A program made the position numbers and the translations under genes. A stretch of DNA of 64,000 nt, from positions 45,384,001 through 45,448,000 of the forward strand of contig NC_091993.1 in the NCBI RefSeq assembly GCF_044704955.1, in the 5' to 3' direction. Within the stretch, counting starts at the first letter, position 1. Each line of letters opens with the position of its first letter. Positions 50,275 to 63,189 of this stretch are shown here, in pieces. This DNA comes from Pristiophorus japonicus. Its lineage: Eukaryota. The notes under the pieces were generated by a model. That model searched no databases. It worked only from the letters and a program-made list of their open reading frames with translations, and was not told the DNA's origin.

Positions 50275-50700
50275 CTGACCTCAGTGGCAGCACTCTCGCT
50301 CTGAGCCAGAAGGTCATGAGTTCAAGTCCCACTCTAGGATTTGAACACATAATCTAGGCTGACACTCCAGTGCAGTGCTGAGGGAGTGCTGCACTGTCGG
50401 AGGTGCCATCTTTTGAATGAGACATTAAACCAAGGCCCCGTCTGCTCTCTCAGGTGGATGTAAAAGATCCCGCGGCACTATTTGAAGGCGACTAGCAAAG
50501 TTCTCCCTGGTGTCCTGGCCAACATTTGCAGTTCAATCGATACCATTAAGACAGATCGTCTAATCATTCATCTCACTGATGTTAGTGAGTTCTTGCTGTG
50601 CTCAAATTGACTGCCCTGTTTTCCTTAGATTCCAACAACAACTTTACATCAAAACTTTGGGAATCCTTTGATTGTGCAAGGCGCTATATAAATGCAATAA
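50275..50700 (+). mobile_element. Deu-domain SINE, near full length
   Basis: B-box gagttcaagtccc; Deu core ctgtcggaggtgccatcttttgaatgagacattaaaccaaggccccgtctg..aaaagatccc; tail aggcgctatataaatgcaa. Confidence 0.82.
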
Positions 50701-50717
50701 AATATATATTTTTCAAT

Positions 50718-51145
50718 CATTCACAGGATGTGGGTGTTGCTGGCAAGGCCGGCCTTTATTGCCCATCCCTAATTGCCCTTGAGAAGGTGGTGGTGAACCG
50801 CCTTCTTGGACCACTGCAGTCCGTGTGGTGTATTGTAGCGGTTTGGTACAACGGATGTCTCGCTGGGCCATTTCAGAGAGCAGTTAAGGTCAACCACATT
50901 GCTGTGGGTCTGGAGTCACATATAGGCCCAGATCAGGTAAGGGCAGCAGATTTCCTTCCCTAAAGGACATTAGTGAACCCGATGGGTCTTTAATGGCAAT
51001 CCGGTGGTTTCATGGTCACCATTACTGATCCGAGCTTTTCTTAAATTCCAGATTTACTGAGTTCAAATTCCCCAGCTGCCGTGGTGAGATTTGAACTTAC
51101 GGCTCCGGATCTTTAGTCCCGGCCTCTGAATTACTGGTCCAGTAA
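50718..51145 (-). mobile_element. tRNA-derived SINE with a family-B LINE 3' tail
   Basis: Head near 51145 is homologous to 19913-20110; tail 50718-50830 is the reverse complement of the family-B 3' end. Confidence 0.65.
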
Positions 51146-51341
51146 CAGAACCTCTGTGGTACCGTTCCCATAAAATATTGAGCTCACCACGGCGATCGGT
51201 GTTTTCAGTGGGTATGCAGAAAGGAAGAAAGAACCCTTGTTGAGCAAAGATGAAGCAACCACCATCACAACAGCTGCTTCCTGTCCTGGAGATCTTTCCT
51301 GTGCATTGACGAGCCGTTGGTGCCACCGATATAGAAACCCC

Positions 51342-52052
51342 GGGACTGCAATTGCCCCTTTTGTAAAGACCCGTTAGCACCTCCGGCCGCTGCTAATGGG
51401 GCGATGAGTGGTGTGTGTCCCAGGGGCAGGCATTGAGAGCGACGCGGCCGGAATTGCCCCCGGGATACCGGAGGGCGTAAACGGCTTTGCGTTACGCCCC
51501 ATGCTGGGCGACCCCTTATCGCCCCGCCCCGACCCCCTCTGCACCCCGCGGGAGCGTGGTCAGCACTGGGCAATGCCACCGGCGGGGTGCCACGCTGCCC
51601 GTTGTCCAGGTGCTGCCGCCGCCATTAAAGAGAAGGGCCGAGCGTCATGGCCGCTGAGCATCACGGCCGCCATCTTATTTCAATTGTCTGTTGACTCTGA
51701 AGTTGGGCAACAGGCAGCCCGGCACTCCCTCTTGGGTACCGGGCTGCTGGCCTGGCCTAAACCCTCCCTGGTGGCCCTTTGGAGCCATGAAGCCCTTGCT
51801 AGGCCTCACAGCATCCCTCCCCTTTAAGAGAGGGGGAGGGACGCTGCGATGCGTCAGTATGACGCTGATTCGCTGTGCTCACGCCTCCCTCTTGCCCCGT
51901 GAATGCCCCCAGAGTGCCGGCGAGCGGCAACAGGATTTTCTTCGTTCTAAGAGTCCAATTCGGAGGCTCATGTGTCTACCCAGCGCGGGCGATAAAACTT
52001 CGGTTTATTCAAAGTTCCCGCCCCAAACCCAGTGTGGGGCAATTTTGGCCCC
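51342..52052. mobile_element. Harbinger-type MITE
   Basis: TIRs gggactgcaattgcccc / ggggcaattttggcccc; interior similar to 2414-3150. Confidence 0.8.
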
Positions 52053-52974
52053 ATGTCCACCATCCTTTGGTGTTGCTCCAGATACTCTTGCTTGGCTTTG
52101 TCTGGCAGTTGTCACGCATGTCAACAATGTGCTTCCCCTTGAGTCTTTCACTCGCTTCTCCTTTCCCTGGTGTGGTCAGCACCTCCTTGTCATTGCTGCA
52201 TTTTGTTTTATTTTTCATCCAATCGCACATATTATGGATTTTTCTGCAATATTTTAGCCCTTTTTGATGAGTTCACTAATTACCGTCCTCTCAGATTTGT
52301 TTCCATCAGTGCTGTCTGTCAAAACACTGGCACAGAGATAGGTGGAGTCACTGTTGCTGGCCAGGACGCTTGCTGAATGATGAGGAGGCTTTCTCAGAAT
52401 ACTTTATGAAGCATAACAATGCTCCAAGGCATCACACACCATAGCTATACATTAGACAAAATGGATCTGTGACAAAATGTATTTTTATCTGTGTTGAATT
52501 TTTTTAACTTGCATTCTGGAATTAGGGTATATGGGATTAATATCCAAGATCACTCAAATTATTCTTGACAGCAGAAGCAAGTAGCTCCCACCAGTCCAAA
52601 TGTCATTTAGTTTTGGCCCACCTCAGGGTGGTTTGAAATGTTAATTAGTTCATTCCTTTGGGAGCCACTATTTACAATCTCAGTTGTTCTCATTACAATC
52701 TTCCTGTTTTAGGTGTCAGTCTATTCAATTTACACAGTGTGCCCTGCAACCACGAACATTCTGGGACCCTCCTATTCACACATCAAAGAATAGATCTCCA
52801 GCCTAGGAGTAGTGACTTTGATTGAGTACTATTTCGGAGTACTTTGATAAGAGGGCAGGATCCTTGTTTGACGGGAACCCTCTGTAAGCGACAGCTGAAT
52901 GGACAGGGACTGCATATTGACAGATTAACATTTGCAGTTCTCAGTAAAAAGACAGACAGCAGCCAAAGTTTTGA

Positions 52975-53500
52975 ACTGCACTAAACTCCCAAAACAAGCG
53001 CTCGACTCCGAGCTCCGACACGGCAAGCGAGCCCCAGGTGGGCAGAGGAAACGCTTCAAGGACACCCTCAGAGCCTGCTTGAAAATGTTTTATTGTGGGA
53101 AGCTCATTATCCACCCAAATTCTGAGGTCAGAACCAGATAGGGGTGCAGGACGCCTCAAAGCGTCAAGGTTGCGATTGGGTATAAGCAGCCTCAGACCTA
53201 TTGGTGGTATCAAACATATCACTAAGCTGTAATTGGGTATAAGCAACCTCAGACATATTGGTGGTATCAAACATATCACTAAGCTGTAATTGGGTATAAG
53301 CAGAAAAGAGGTCCACTGGTGATAGCAACTCAAATCACCATAGTCTGAAGGTTGCGCCCAGTCACAAGCAACAGTAGAAGGAAAAACCCCTACAACTAAC
53401 CGACACCTGGGAATCCCTGGCACAAGACTGCTCAAGGTGGAGGTGAAGCATCCGCAAAGGCGCTGAGCACCTCGAGTCCCTTCTCCGGGAGCGCGCGGAA
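52975..53500 (+). mobile_element. RTE 3' fragment interrupted by a ~310-bp insert (53086-53394)
   Basis: KLPKQAL.SEL.HGKRAPGGQRKRFKDTL; resumes as 'ccgacacctgggaatccctggc' at ~53400. Confidence 0.8.
53175..53303. repeat. 57-bp tandem repeat (~2.3 copies)
   Basis: Units start at 53175, 53232 and 53289. Confidence 0.9.
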
Positions 53501-55693
53501 GGTTAAAAGCCTAAGTCAGTCTAGCCAGGAAGAGATAGACGAGTAGTAGCTTACAGCACGCGATCTTTTGTTTTAGGGGCTCAGTTTAAAGAGAAAATGA
53601 ATTGTTTTTCATATCAAGGAGCGTAACAGCAATATATATATATATATCACTATGTTAAATTGTGTATTGTTCATTCAGCTATCTTATGCAACTAAAGTAA
53701 CATGAGTTAAAATCTGTCCTTAAATTGGTAAAAGTTTCTGTTCGCTATCTGTAAAGACAAGAGGGTTCATGTGGCAGCACGTGCTAGATCTCAGTAACGG
53801 GCCATTGAGTATGGATTCCCTGGGGCATACTCTCATTTACCCAGATGTTGGGTCGGAAAAGGTTGCTCCAGATGAGAAGGGAGGCAAGGTCCAACTCTGG
53901 GAGTGACTGGCAATGCTGAGCATGATATAATATCTAGCCAGTAACCCCCAAAATGTGTCAAGATCATTATAAACCATGACTGACTTTAGTACCTTTGCTG
54001 ATTTTACATTCACAGGTATTACAGTGGAATTGTATCATTGAAATTTATCCTATACAAACAGGAAATTGCTGAAAATGTAAAAATGAAAGACTTGTATTTA
54101 TAGAACACCGTTCACGACCTCAGGGCGTCCCAAAGCACATTACAGCCAATCAAGTACTTTTGCAGTGTAGTCACTTTTGTAATGTAGTTAACGCGTCAGC
54201 CCATTTGCACACAGCAAGATCCCACAAACAACTCTTCTCTTCTTAGGCAGTCCCTCAGAGTCGAGGATGACTTGCTTCCGCACTAACACAAGTTCTTAGG
54301 TGACTGAACAGTCCAATGCGGGACCTACAGTCTCTGTCACAGGTGGGGCAGACGTTGGTTGGAGGGACGGGGGGTGGGGTGCTTGGGATGACGTGCGCTC
54401 CTTCCGTTGTTTGCGCTTGGCTTCCACGTGCTCCCGGCGAAAAGACTCGAGATGTTCGCCACCTTCCCGGATGCTTCTCCTCCACTTTGGGCGGTCTTGG
54501 GCCAGGGATTCCCAGGTGTCGGTGGGGATGTTGCACTTTTTCAAGGCGGCTTTGAGGGTGTCCTTGAAACGTTTTCTCTGCCCACCTGGGACTCGCTTGC
54601 CGTGTCAGAGCTCTGAGTAGAGCGCTTGTTTTGGGAGTTTAGTATTGGACATGCAGACAATGTGGCCCGTCCATCGGTGCTGATTGAGCGTGGTCAATAT
54701 TTTGATGCTGGGGATGTTGGCCTGAGCGAGAACACTGACGTGGTGTGCGTATCCTGCCAATGGATTTGCAGGATCTTGCGGGGACAGCATTGGTGGTACT
54801 TCTCCAGTGGTTTGAGGTGTCTGCTGAACATAGTCCATGTCTCTGAGGCATATAGGAAGGCAGGTATCACTACTGCTCTGTAGACCGTGAGCTTGGTGCC
54901 AGGTTTGAGGTCCTGGTCTTCAAATACTCTCTTCCTCAGGCGACGGAAGGCTGCACTGGCACACTCAAGGCAGTGCTGAACTTTGTCATCAACCTCTGCC
55001 CTTGTTGACAGAAGGCTCCCAAGGTAGGGAAAGTGGTGTGGCAGGGGCAGGTTGGTAGAGAACCTTTGTCTTATGGATGTTTAGTGTAAGGCCCATAGTC
55101 TCATACGTTTCGGTGAAGGTGTTAACGATGGTTTGGAGTTCGACCACCAAGTGTGCACAAACGCAAGCGTCGTCTGCATACTGTCATTCAGTGGCAGATG
55201 ATGGGGCGACCTTGGATCCGGTCTGGAGGCGGCGGAGGTTAAACAGTTTCCCATTTGTTCTGTATATCAGCTCCACTCCAGCGGGGAGCTTGCCGAGGGT
55301 GAGATGAAGCACTGCAGCAAGGAAGATCGAGAAGAGCGTTGGTGCGATGACACAGCCTGGGTCTGTGGTGGATCTGTTGGTCAGGATCACAGCTTGCATG
55401 TCATCGTGAAGCAGGTGGAGGATGGTGACAAACTTTTGATGGCAGCCGAATTTGAGGAGGACACTCCATAATCTCTCCAGGTTGACAGTGTCGGAGGACT
55501 TTGTGAGGTTAAAGAAGGCCATGTACATAGGTTGGTGTTGTTCCCTGCATTTTTCTTGGATTTGTTGCGCCGTGAAGATCATGACCATTGTGCCTCTTAG
55601 TGGGCGGAATCCGCATTGCGACTCTGGGAGCAGGCGATTTTCACGATGACTTTCCCTGTGGCAAACAGCAGGGAAACTCCTCTACAATTACTG

Positions 55694-56065
55694 CATAGAA
55701 ACATAGAAACATAGAAAATAAGTGCAGGAGTAGGCCATTCGGCCCTTCGAGCCTGCACCACCATTCAATAAGATCATGACTGATCATTCCCTCAGTACCC
55801 CTTTCCTGCTTTCTCTCCATACCCCTTGATCCCTTTAGCCGTAAGGGCCATATCTAACTCCCCCTTGAATATATCCAATGAACTGGCATCAACAACTCTC
55901 TGCGGTAGAGAATTCCACAGGTTAACAACTCTCTGAGTGAAGAATTTTCTCCTCATCTCGGTCCTAAATGGCTTACCCCCTATCCTTAGACTATGTCCCC
56001 TGGTTCGGGACTTCCCCAACATCGGGAACATTCTCCCTGCATCTAACCTGTCCAGTCCCGTCAGA
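55694..56065 (-). mobile_element. CR1 3' end nested in the RTE
   Basis: (catagaaa)3 tail; ORF 55792-56031. Confidence 0.92.
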
Positions 56066-56865
56066 CTTGCCGCCTTTCTTGAAGGTGGTCACAATTAAGG
56101 CATCTCTGAGATCCCCTTACATGCTCTCCTCCTTCCAAATAAGAGAAATGAGTTCATGGATTCGCGCCAGTAGTGCTTCTCCACCATGCTTTAGTGCTTC
56201 GGCAGGGACTCCATCTGCTCCTGAGGCCTTGTTGTTCTTCAGTTGTCAGGTGGCCTTTTCAAACTTGTGCCAGGCTGGAGTTATGCCGAGGTGGTGGCGG
56301 GTAGCAAGCTGTGGGATGGAGGACACTCACATCGAAGACAGAGTCTCGGTTAAGGCGATCTTCGAAGTGCTCCTTCCAGCGGGCACTGACTGCCTCTCCG
56401 TCCTTTATGAACATCTCTCCGTTCTTGCCGCTCGGTGGGTAGGACCTTGGGTGCTTGGGCCGTAGGTGGTCTTGACTGCACTAAAGAGCCCACTCACGTC
56501 GTGGTTGTTGGCTAGTTGCTGGATCTCCTGGGCTTTGTCCACCCACCATCTGTTCATTAGGTCATGAGTTTCATGCTGGACCTCGGCCTTCAGACGACTG
56601 TAGAGCTGCTTTCTTGCTCTCGGGTTGTGTTGCTGTTTCCAATTCAAGAACGTCTTGCGCTTGGGGCTAATTAGCTCCTGGATCTCCTGGTCATTCTCAT
56701 CGAACCAGTCTTGGTGTTTCCTGGTCAAGTGACCGAGCGTCTCTTCACAGGTGCTAATTATGAAGGCCTTGAGGGCAGACCAGGCACTGTGGACACCCTG
56801 CATCTCTGGGTCACTGGGAGTCCTCAGGTTGGTTGTGAGGCGCTGGCTGAATAGGGCTTTCTTAG

Positions 56866-59800
56866 TGTTATGTATTAATGCTTGGGGGTCACCAGACACC
56901 AGAGGGTGCCGCAGTCAGAGGTCATCGGGCTGTATGCATGTGACGTGTGTGCTTGGTCACCTGTATATAACCTGGGTGTCTTTGTCACGCCGGCACTCTT
57001 GGGCTGGAATAAAGATGGATCAGGTTGCACCTGAGTGAGTTTACAGTAACCAGAATCTTGAGTCATTACAATTGGCGACGTGGTAATTTAAGAACCTTCG
57101 CATGCACAATGGGCACGGTTGGAATCCTGGAGAGATTCGTGGAGGGCGAGGATTGGGCGGATTTTGTCGACCACCTGGATCAGTATTTTGTGGCCAACGG
57201 TATGGAGGCAGGGGCCTACGCAGTTAAGCACAGGGCAGTTCTCACCGTTTGTTGTCCGAAAATTTACGGCCTCATGAAGAACCTTCTCTCGCCTGTACAT
57301 CCGGCGGAAAAAAGGTATGAGGAATTGTGTACATTGGTGGGTAATCATCTGAAACTACAAGAGGGGATCATCATATCACGCTACCATTTCTACACGCATG
57401 TTCCTGCTGAGGGCCAGGTTGTGCCGGAATTTGTCGCCAACCTGTGGCGTCTTGCGGAGCCGTGTAAGTTTGGTAACATGCTGGAAGACATGCTGCGTGA
57501 TGTCTTCGTGATAGGCATCATCCATGATGCGATCCTTAGGAAGCTGTTGGCTGCAGAGACGTTGGATTTGAAAAAGGCCATCGCGACTGCCCAGGCATGC
57601 ATGACGACGGATGATAATTTGAGGCAGATATCATCGACGAGTCGGAGTTCCACGGCAAGTACTGTAAACAAGATGGCGTCATTTTCGGGCAGAGCTTCAG
57701 ACAGGGCTGCTCAGAGCCCGCCAACTGGTTCGAACTAGATTTCACCCTGTTGCCACTGTGGGGGCAATCATCGGCCTCATCAGTGTTGGTTTAGACAATA
57801 CTCATGCAATGGATGTTCGAAAGTGGGGCATCTTCATAGGATGTGTCCACAATGGAGCAAGCGTGGTGCGGCTCACCACGCGGTTGATGAGGACCAGTTC
57901 AGTGATGGCCCGGATACCCAACCCGAGGAGGAAGTGAATGGACTGTATTCATTCCTGAGCAAGAGCCAGCCGATAGTCATTAATGTGAAGCTGAATGGCG
58001 TGCCTGTATCAATGGAGCTAGACACGGGTGCGAGCCAGTTGATAATGAGCCAAAGGACATTCGACAAGCTGTGGGACACTAAGGCTGCGAAACCGAAGCT
58101 GAGTCCAGTCAATGCCAGGTTGCGTACTTACACTAAGGAACTCATACCGGTGGGTGGCACTGCAGCAATCGAGGTGTGATATGATAGTGTGGTTCATGAG
58201 CCACCATTATGGATCGTCCCAGGTAATGGTCCAACGCTGTTCGGCAGGAATTGGCTCGAGAAAATCAAGCTGAACTGGAATGATGTCAAGGTGTTGTCCT
58301 CGATGGATGATACTTCGTATGCTCAAGTATTGAAATGTTTCATTCTTTGTTTGAACCGGACATTGGTAATTTTATGGGAGCCAAGGTGCAGATTCACCTG
58401 GACTGCAATGCAAGGCCTGACTATCATAAAGCTTGGTCTGTTCCGTACCTGATGAGGGAGAAGGCTGAAATTGAGCTTGACAGACTCCAACTTGAAGGGA
58501 TCATATCACTGGTCAAGTTTAACGAGTGGGCTAGTCTCATTGTTCCTGTGTTGAAGAGTGATGGCACTGTCAGGATTTGTGGAGACTACAAGGTTACGAT
58601 TAACTGATTTTCGAAACAGGATCAGTATCCGTTACCGAGGGCTGATGACCTGTTCGCCATGTTAGCTGGTGGAAAGTCGTTCATGAAACTGGATCTGATG
58701 TCGGCCTATATGATCCAGGAGCTTGTCGACGCTTCGAAGAAACTCACCTGCATCAACACCCATAAAGAACTGTTCGTCTACAACAGGTATCCTTTTGGGA
58801 TTCATTCAGCTGCAGCCATATTTCAGAGGAATATGGAGAGTTTACTGAAGTCCGTTCCCAGAACTGTCGTGTTTCAAGGTGACATTCTGGTCACAGGTCG
58901 TGACATTGCTGAACATCTGAACAATCTTGAAGAAGTCCTACAGCGTCTGGACAAAGTGGGACTCAGGCTGAAACGCTCGAAGTGTGTATTCATGGCACCT
59001 GAAGTCGAATTCCTCGGGAGAAAGATTGCTGCTGATGGCATCAGGCCCACTGATTCAAAAATTGAGGCCATCAAAAATGCACCCAAGCCTCAGAATGTGA
59101 CAGAGCTGCGTTCGTTCCATGGGCTACTCAAATACTTTGGTAATTTCTTATCCAGATTGAGCACTTTACTAGAGCCACTGCAAGTGTTACTAAGAAAAGG
59201 CGACAACTGGGTCTGGGGTGCATCTCAAGATAGAGCCTTTGAGAAAGTCAAGAATCTGCTATGTTCAAAAAAGTTGCTTGTTCATTATGATCCGTGTAAG
59301 CATCTTGCATTAGAAATATAGAAACATAGAAATTTACAGCGCAGAAGAAGGCCATTTCGGCCCATCATGTCTGCACTGGCCGACAAAGAGCCACACGGCC
59401 CTTTATCATCAGCCCGAAAGGTTAATACAAACCCATAAACAATGACGGAAAGGCAAAGAGCACCCAGCCCAACCAGTCTGCCCCACACTGCAACACCCCT
59501 CATACTAAAAACATTCTACACTCCACTCCAACCAGAGCCATGTGATCTCCTGGGAGAGGCAAAAACCAGATAAAAACCCAGGCCAACTTAGGGAGAAAAA
59601 AATCTTGGAAAATTCCTCTCCAACCCATTCAGGCGATCGAAACTAGTCGAGGAGATCATCCTGGCTGTATTCTATTCCCTGCAGTACTTACCATGATATC
59701 TGCGCCGTCCAACAAAAGGCCATCTCGTCTGATCCCAATTACCAGCTCTAGGTCCGTAACCCTGCAGGTCACTGCACTTTAAGTGCCCATCCAACCATCT

Positions 59801-62149
59801 CTTATAAGTGATGAGGGTTTCTGCATCCACCACTCTTCCAGGCAGCGAGTTCCAGATCCCCACAACCCTGTGCGGAAAGAAGCCCCCCCCCCACTGTCAA
59901 ATCCCCTTTTAAACCTTCCACCAACCACCTTAAAACTATGCCCCCTCATAATAGCCCCCTCCACCAATGGAAATGGACCCTTACTATCCACTATGTCCAG
60001 GCCCCTCAATATTTTGTACACCTCGATGAGCTCTCTTCTTAACCTCCTTTGTTCCAATGAGAACAAACCCAATCTGTCCACTGCAGGCAACATCCGAGTA
60101 AATCTCCTCTGCACCCTCTCTAGTGCAATGCTTCATCATATGGTATTGGCTGCGTACTCCAACAAGCAAATGAATCGGACAAGCTAGAACCCGTTGTGTA
60201 TGCTTCGAGAAGTCTGTCTAAAGCAGAAAGAGTTTACAGTATGGTAGAGAAAGAAGCTTTGGCCTGTGTGTATGGGTAAAAAAATGCACCAGTAACTGTT
60301 TGGTCTTCGTTTTGAACTAGAAATGGATCACAAGCCACTCATTTCATTGCTTGCGGAAAACAAAGGTATTAATACCAATGCATCATCCCGCATTCAAAGG
60401 TGGGCGCTGACATTGTCTGCTTATGATTACGTCATCCGTCATAGACCTGGTACTGAGAATTGTGCCGATGCATTGAGTCATCTGCCCTTACCCACAACTG
60501 AGATGGAGACGCCTCAACCTGCAGATCTACTGTTAGTAATGGATGCTTTTGAGAATGAAGTACCCCTGTCACTGCTCAACAAGTTAGGATCTGGACCAGC
60601 CATGACCCTATTTTATCGGTTGGGAAACGGTGTGTACTCAGTGGTGATTGGTCTGCCATACCTATGGAGATGTGTAAGGAGACCAAACCTTACAACCATC
60701 GCAAGGATGAGCTGTCCATTCAGTCCGGCTGTTTACTGTGGGGTAATCATGTAATCATGCTTGGTTATGAAAGGTCGAGAAAAATTTGTATGTGAACTTC
60801 ATAGCACTCATCCTGGTATTGTCATGATAAGTCCATTGCTAGGTCTCATGTATGGTGGCCTGGAATTGACTCTGATCTGGAATCATGTGTGCAACACTTG
60901 CATGCAGCTAAGTAAAGCACCAGTGGAATCTCCGCTGAGTCTTTGGTCGTGGCCATCTAAACTATGGTTGAGAATCCACATTGATTTTGCGGGCCCGTTC
61001 CTAGAAAAGATGTTTTTTGTCATAGTAGATGCATATTCTAAGTGGATAGAGTGTGTTATTATGTCATCCAGCACGTCTACAACTACCATTGAGAGCCTTC
61101 GTATCATGTTTGCTACTCATGGTTTGCCTGACATTGTTCTGAGCAACAACGGATCTTGCGTCACAAGTCTTGAGTTCCAGAAGTTCATGAAACTCAATGG
61201 CATCAGACATGTGAGATCAGCTCCATTCAAGCCTGCTTCTAATGGTCAAGCAGAGCGTGCCATTCAAACGATCAAGCAAAGTATGAAACGTGTAACTCAG
61301 GGCTCACTGCAGAGACGGTTGTCATGTATATTGCTCAGTTACAGGTCAAGACCTCATACACTTACTGGGGTTCCTCCTGCTGAACTACTGATGAAGAGAA
61401 ATCTCAAGACCAGGCTTTCTCTTGTTCATCCTGATTTGAATGATCGTGTTGAAAACAAACATCAAAGTCAGCAATGGTGTCATGATCGTGTTGCCGTGTC
61501 ACTTAACATCTCGGTCAACGATCCGGTTTATGTACTGAACTATGGCCAAGGTGCAAAGTGGATTGCCAGCACTATTACAGCCAAGGAGGGTAACAGAGTG
61601 TTTATTGTCGTGCTCAAGAATGGGCAAACATGCAGGAAACACCTTGACCAGGTTAAACTGCGGCACACGGATGAACTGGAACCAAGTGAGGAAGATGCAG
61701 TCAGTGACCAACCAACCATTGTTCACTCATCAGAGCACTCTGCTGACATTACTGACTCTGAACCTTCAGTCTCTGATGTGGTCATGACCACTCCCATCAG
61801 ATCGGCTACTCAGCCCTCAGTCTCAACGGACTCAGAACGCTCGCCCAGAGCCAAAGTTGAACCGAGACGATCAACTCGTGAGAGGAAAGCCCCAGACTAT
61901 CTTAATTTGTAAAAAGACTGTAGTTAAGATTTTAAAAGGGGGATGTTGTTATGTATTAATGCTTGGGGGTCACCAGACACCAGAGGGCGCTGCGGTCGGA
62001 GGTCATCGGGCTGTATGCATGTGGCATGTGTACTTGGTCACCTGTATATAAGCTGGGTGTCTTTGTCATGCAGGCACTCTCGGGCTGGAATAAAGATGGA
62101 TCAGGTTGCACCTGAGTGAGTTTACAGTAACCAGATTCTTGAGATAATA
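56866..62149 (+). mobile_element. Gypsy (Mag-clade-like) element C
   Basis: LTRs 56866-57070 and 61947-62149; 5-bp TSD CTTAG (56861-56865/62150-62154); PBS tggcgacgtgg; PPT aaaaggggg; disrupted gag-pol 57109-61912. Confidence 0.95.
59311..60127 (-). mobile_element. CR1 3' fragment with an extended 3' UTR, nested in the RNase H region of element C
   Basis: ORF 59779-60114; tail agaaatatagaaacatagaa; Gypsy RNase H resumes at 'atgcttcatcatatgg'. Confidence 0.88.
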
Positions 62150-63148
62150 CTTAGTAGGGTCTTTAAGTGCTCCAGCGTTGATTTCCTGAGGCAGCAGTTC
62201 TGTTGCCGCCGCTGTTTTGGGGCTACATTGATGGAAATGACAGAGCAGTGTAGGCGGTGGTCAGTTCAGCAGTCAGCTCCTGTCATGGCTCAGATGATGC
62301 GCATGTCCTTGCGGTCCATCGCTCGGACAATGACGTAGTTGCGCAGATGCCAGTGCTTGGAACGAGGCTGCTGCCATGAAGCTTTGTACTTGTCGCTCTG
62401 GTGGAACAAGCTGTTGGTTATGGCAAGGCCATGTTCTAAGCATTTTTTCAGGAGTTGGGTACCGTTGGTGATGGCTTTCCCTACCCCCTCTCTGCCGATC
62501 ACACCTCCCCAGAGGTCTGTGTCCTTTCCAAGTCTGGCGTTAAAATTGTCGAGGAGGATCAGCTTGTCGCCCGTTGGGACTCAGGACAGGGATTGTTCGA
62601 GGCTGGAGTAGAATTCCTCTTTGGTCTCGTCTGTAGCTTCCAGAGTTGGGCGTACGCGCTGAAGACTGTAGCGCACTGGTCCCAGGCTAGGTTGAGCCAA
62701 AGGGTCATGAGGCATTTGTTTATCCCATGAGGGGAATCTCTGAGACGGCCAACTAGTTCATTTTTGATGGCGAAGACTACCCCATGGAGACGGTGTTCTG
62801 CCTCTGGTTTACCTTTCCAGAAGAAGGTGTAACCACCACTTTGTTCCTTGAGCTGACCTTTCCCTGCCCGCCGAGTCTCGCTTAGGGTGGCGATGTCTAT
62901 GTCAAATTGTCTGAGTTCCTGATAGCAGTACGGCGTTCCAGTCTGTCACTGTTGGGGTTGTCCATGAGAGTCCTGACGTTCCAAGTCCCGAACTTCATTT
63001 TAAAGGTGGAAGATGCCTGTGCGTGAATTCTTTTAACGTGGGATGGCCGTTGCACACCGGCTACCACATAGACTTGGCAGAGCAAGGTCTTGGTCCAATG
63101 GTGAGGGGATCCAAGACGACTGGAGACCAGGCTGTGCTGCATGGACCT

Positions 63149-63151
<3 letters not shown>

Positions 63152-63186
<35 letters not shown>
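63152..63186. repeat. (AC)n microsatellite in the RTE 5' UTR
   Basis: About 17 AC units, expanded where sister copies read 'tgcgcgcacatat'. Confidence 0.95.

Positions 63187-63189
<3 letters not shown>

Noticed and set aside
50275-50350. tRNA gene
   Set aside because: Only Pol III box remnants of a SINE head; no cloverleaf can be formed.
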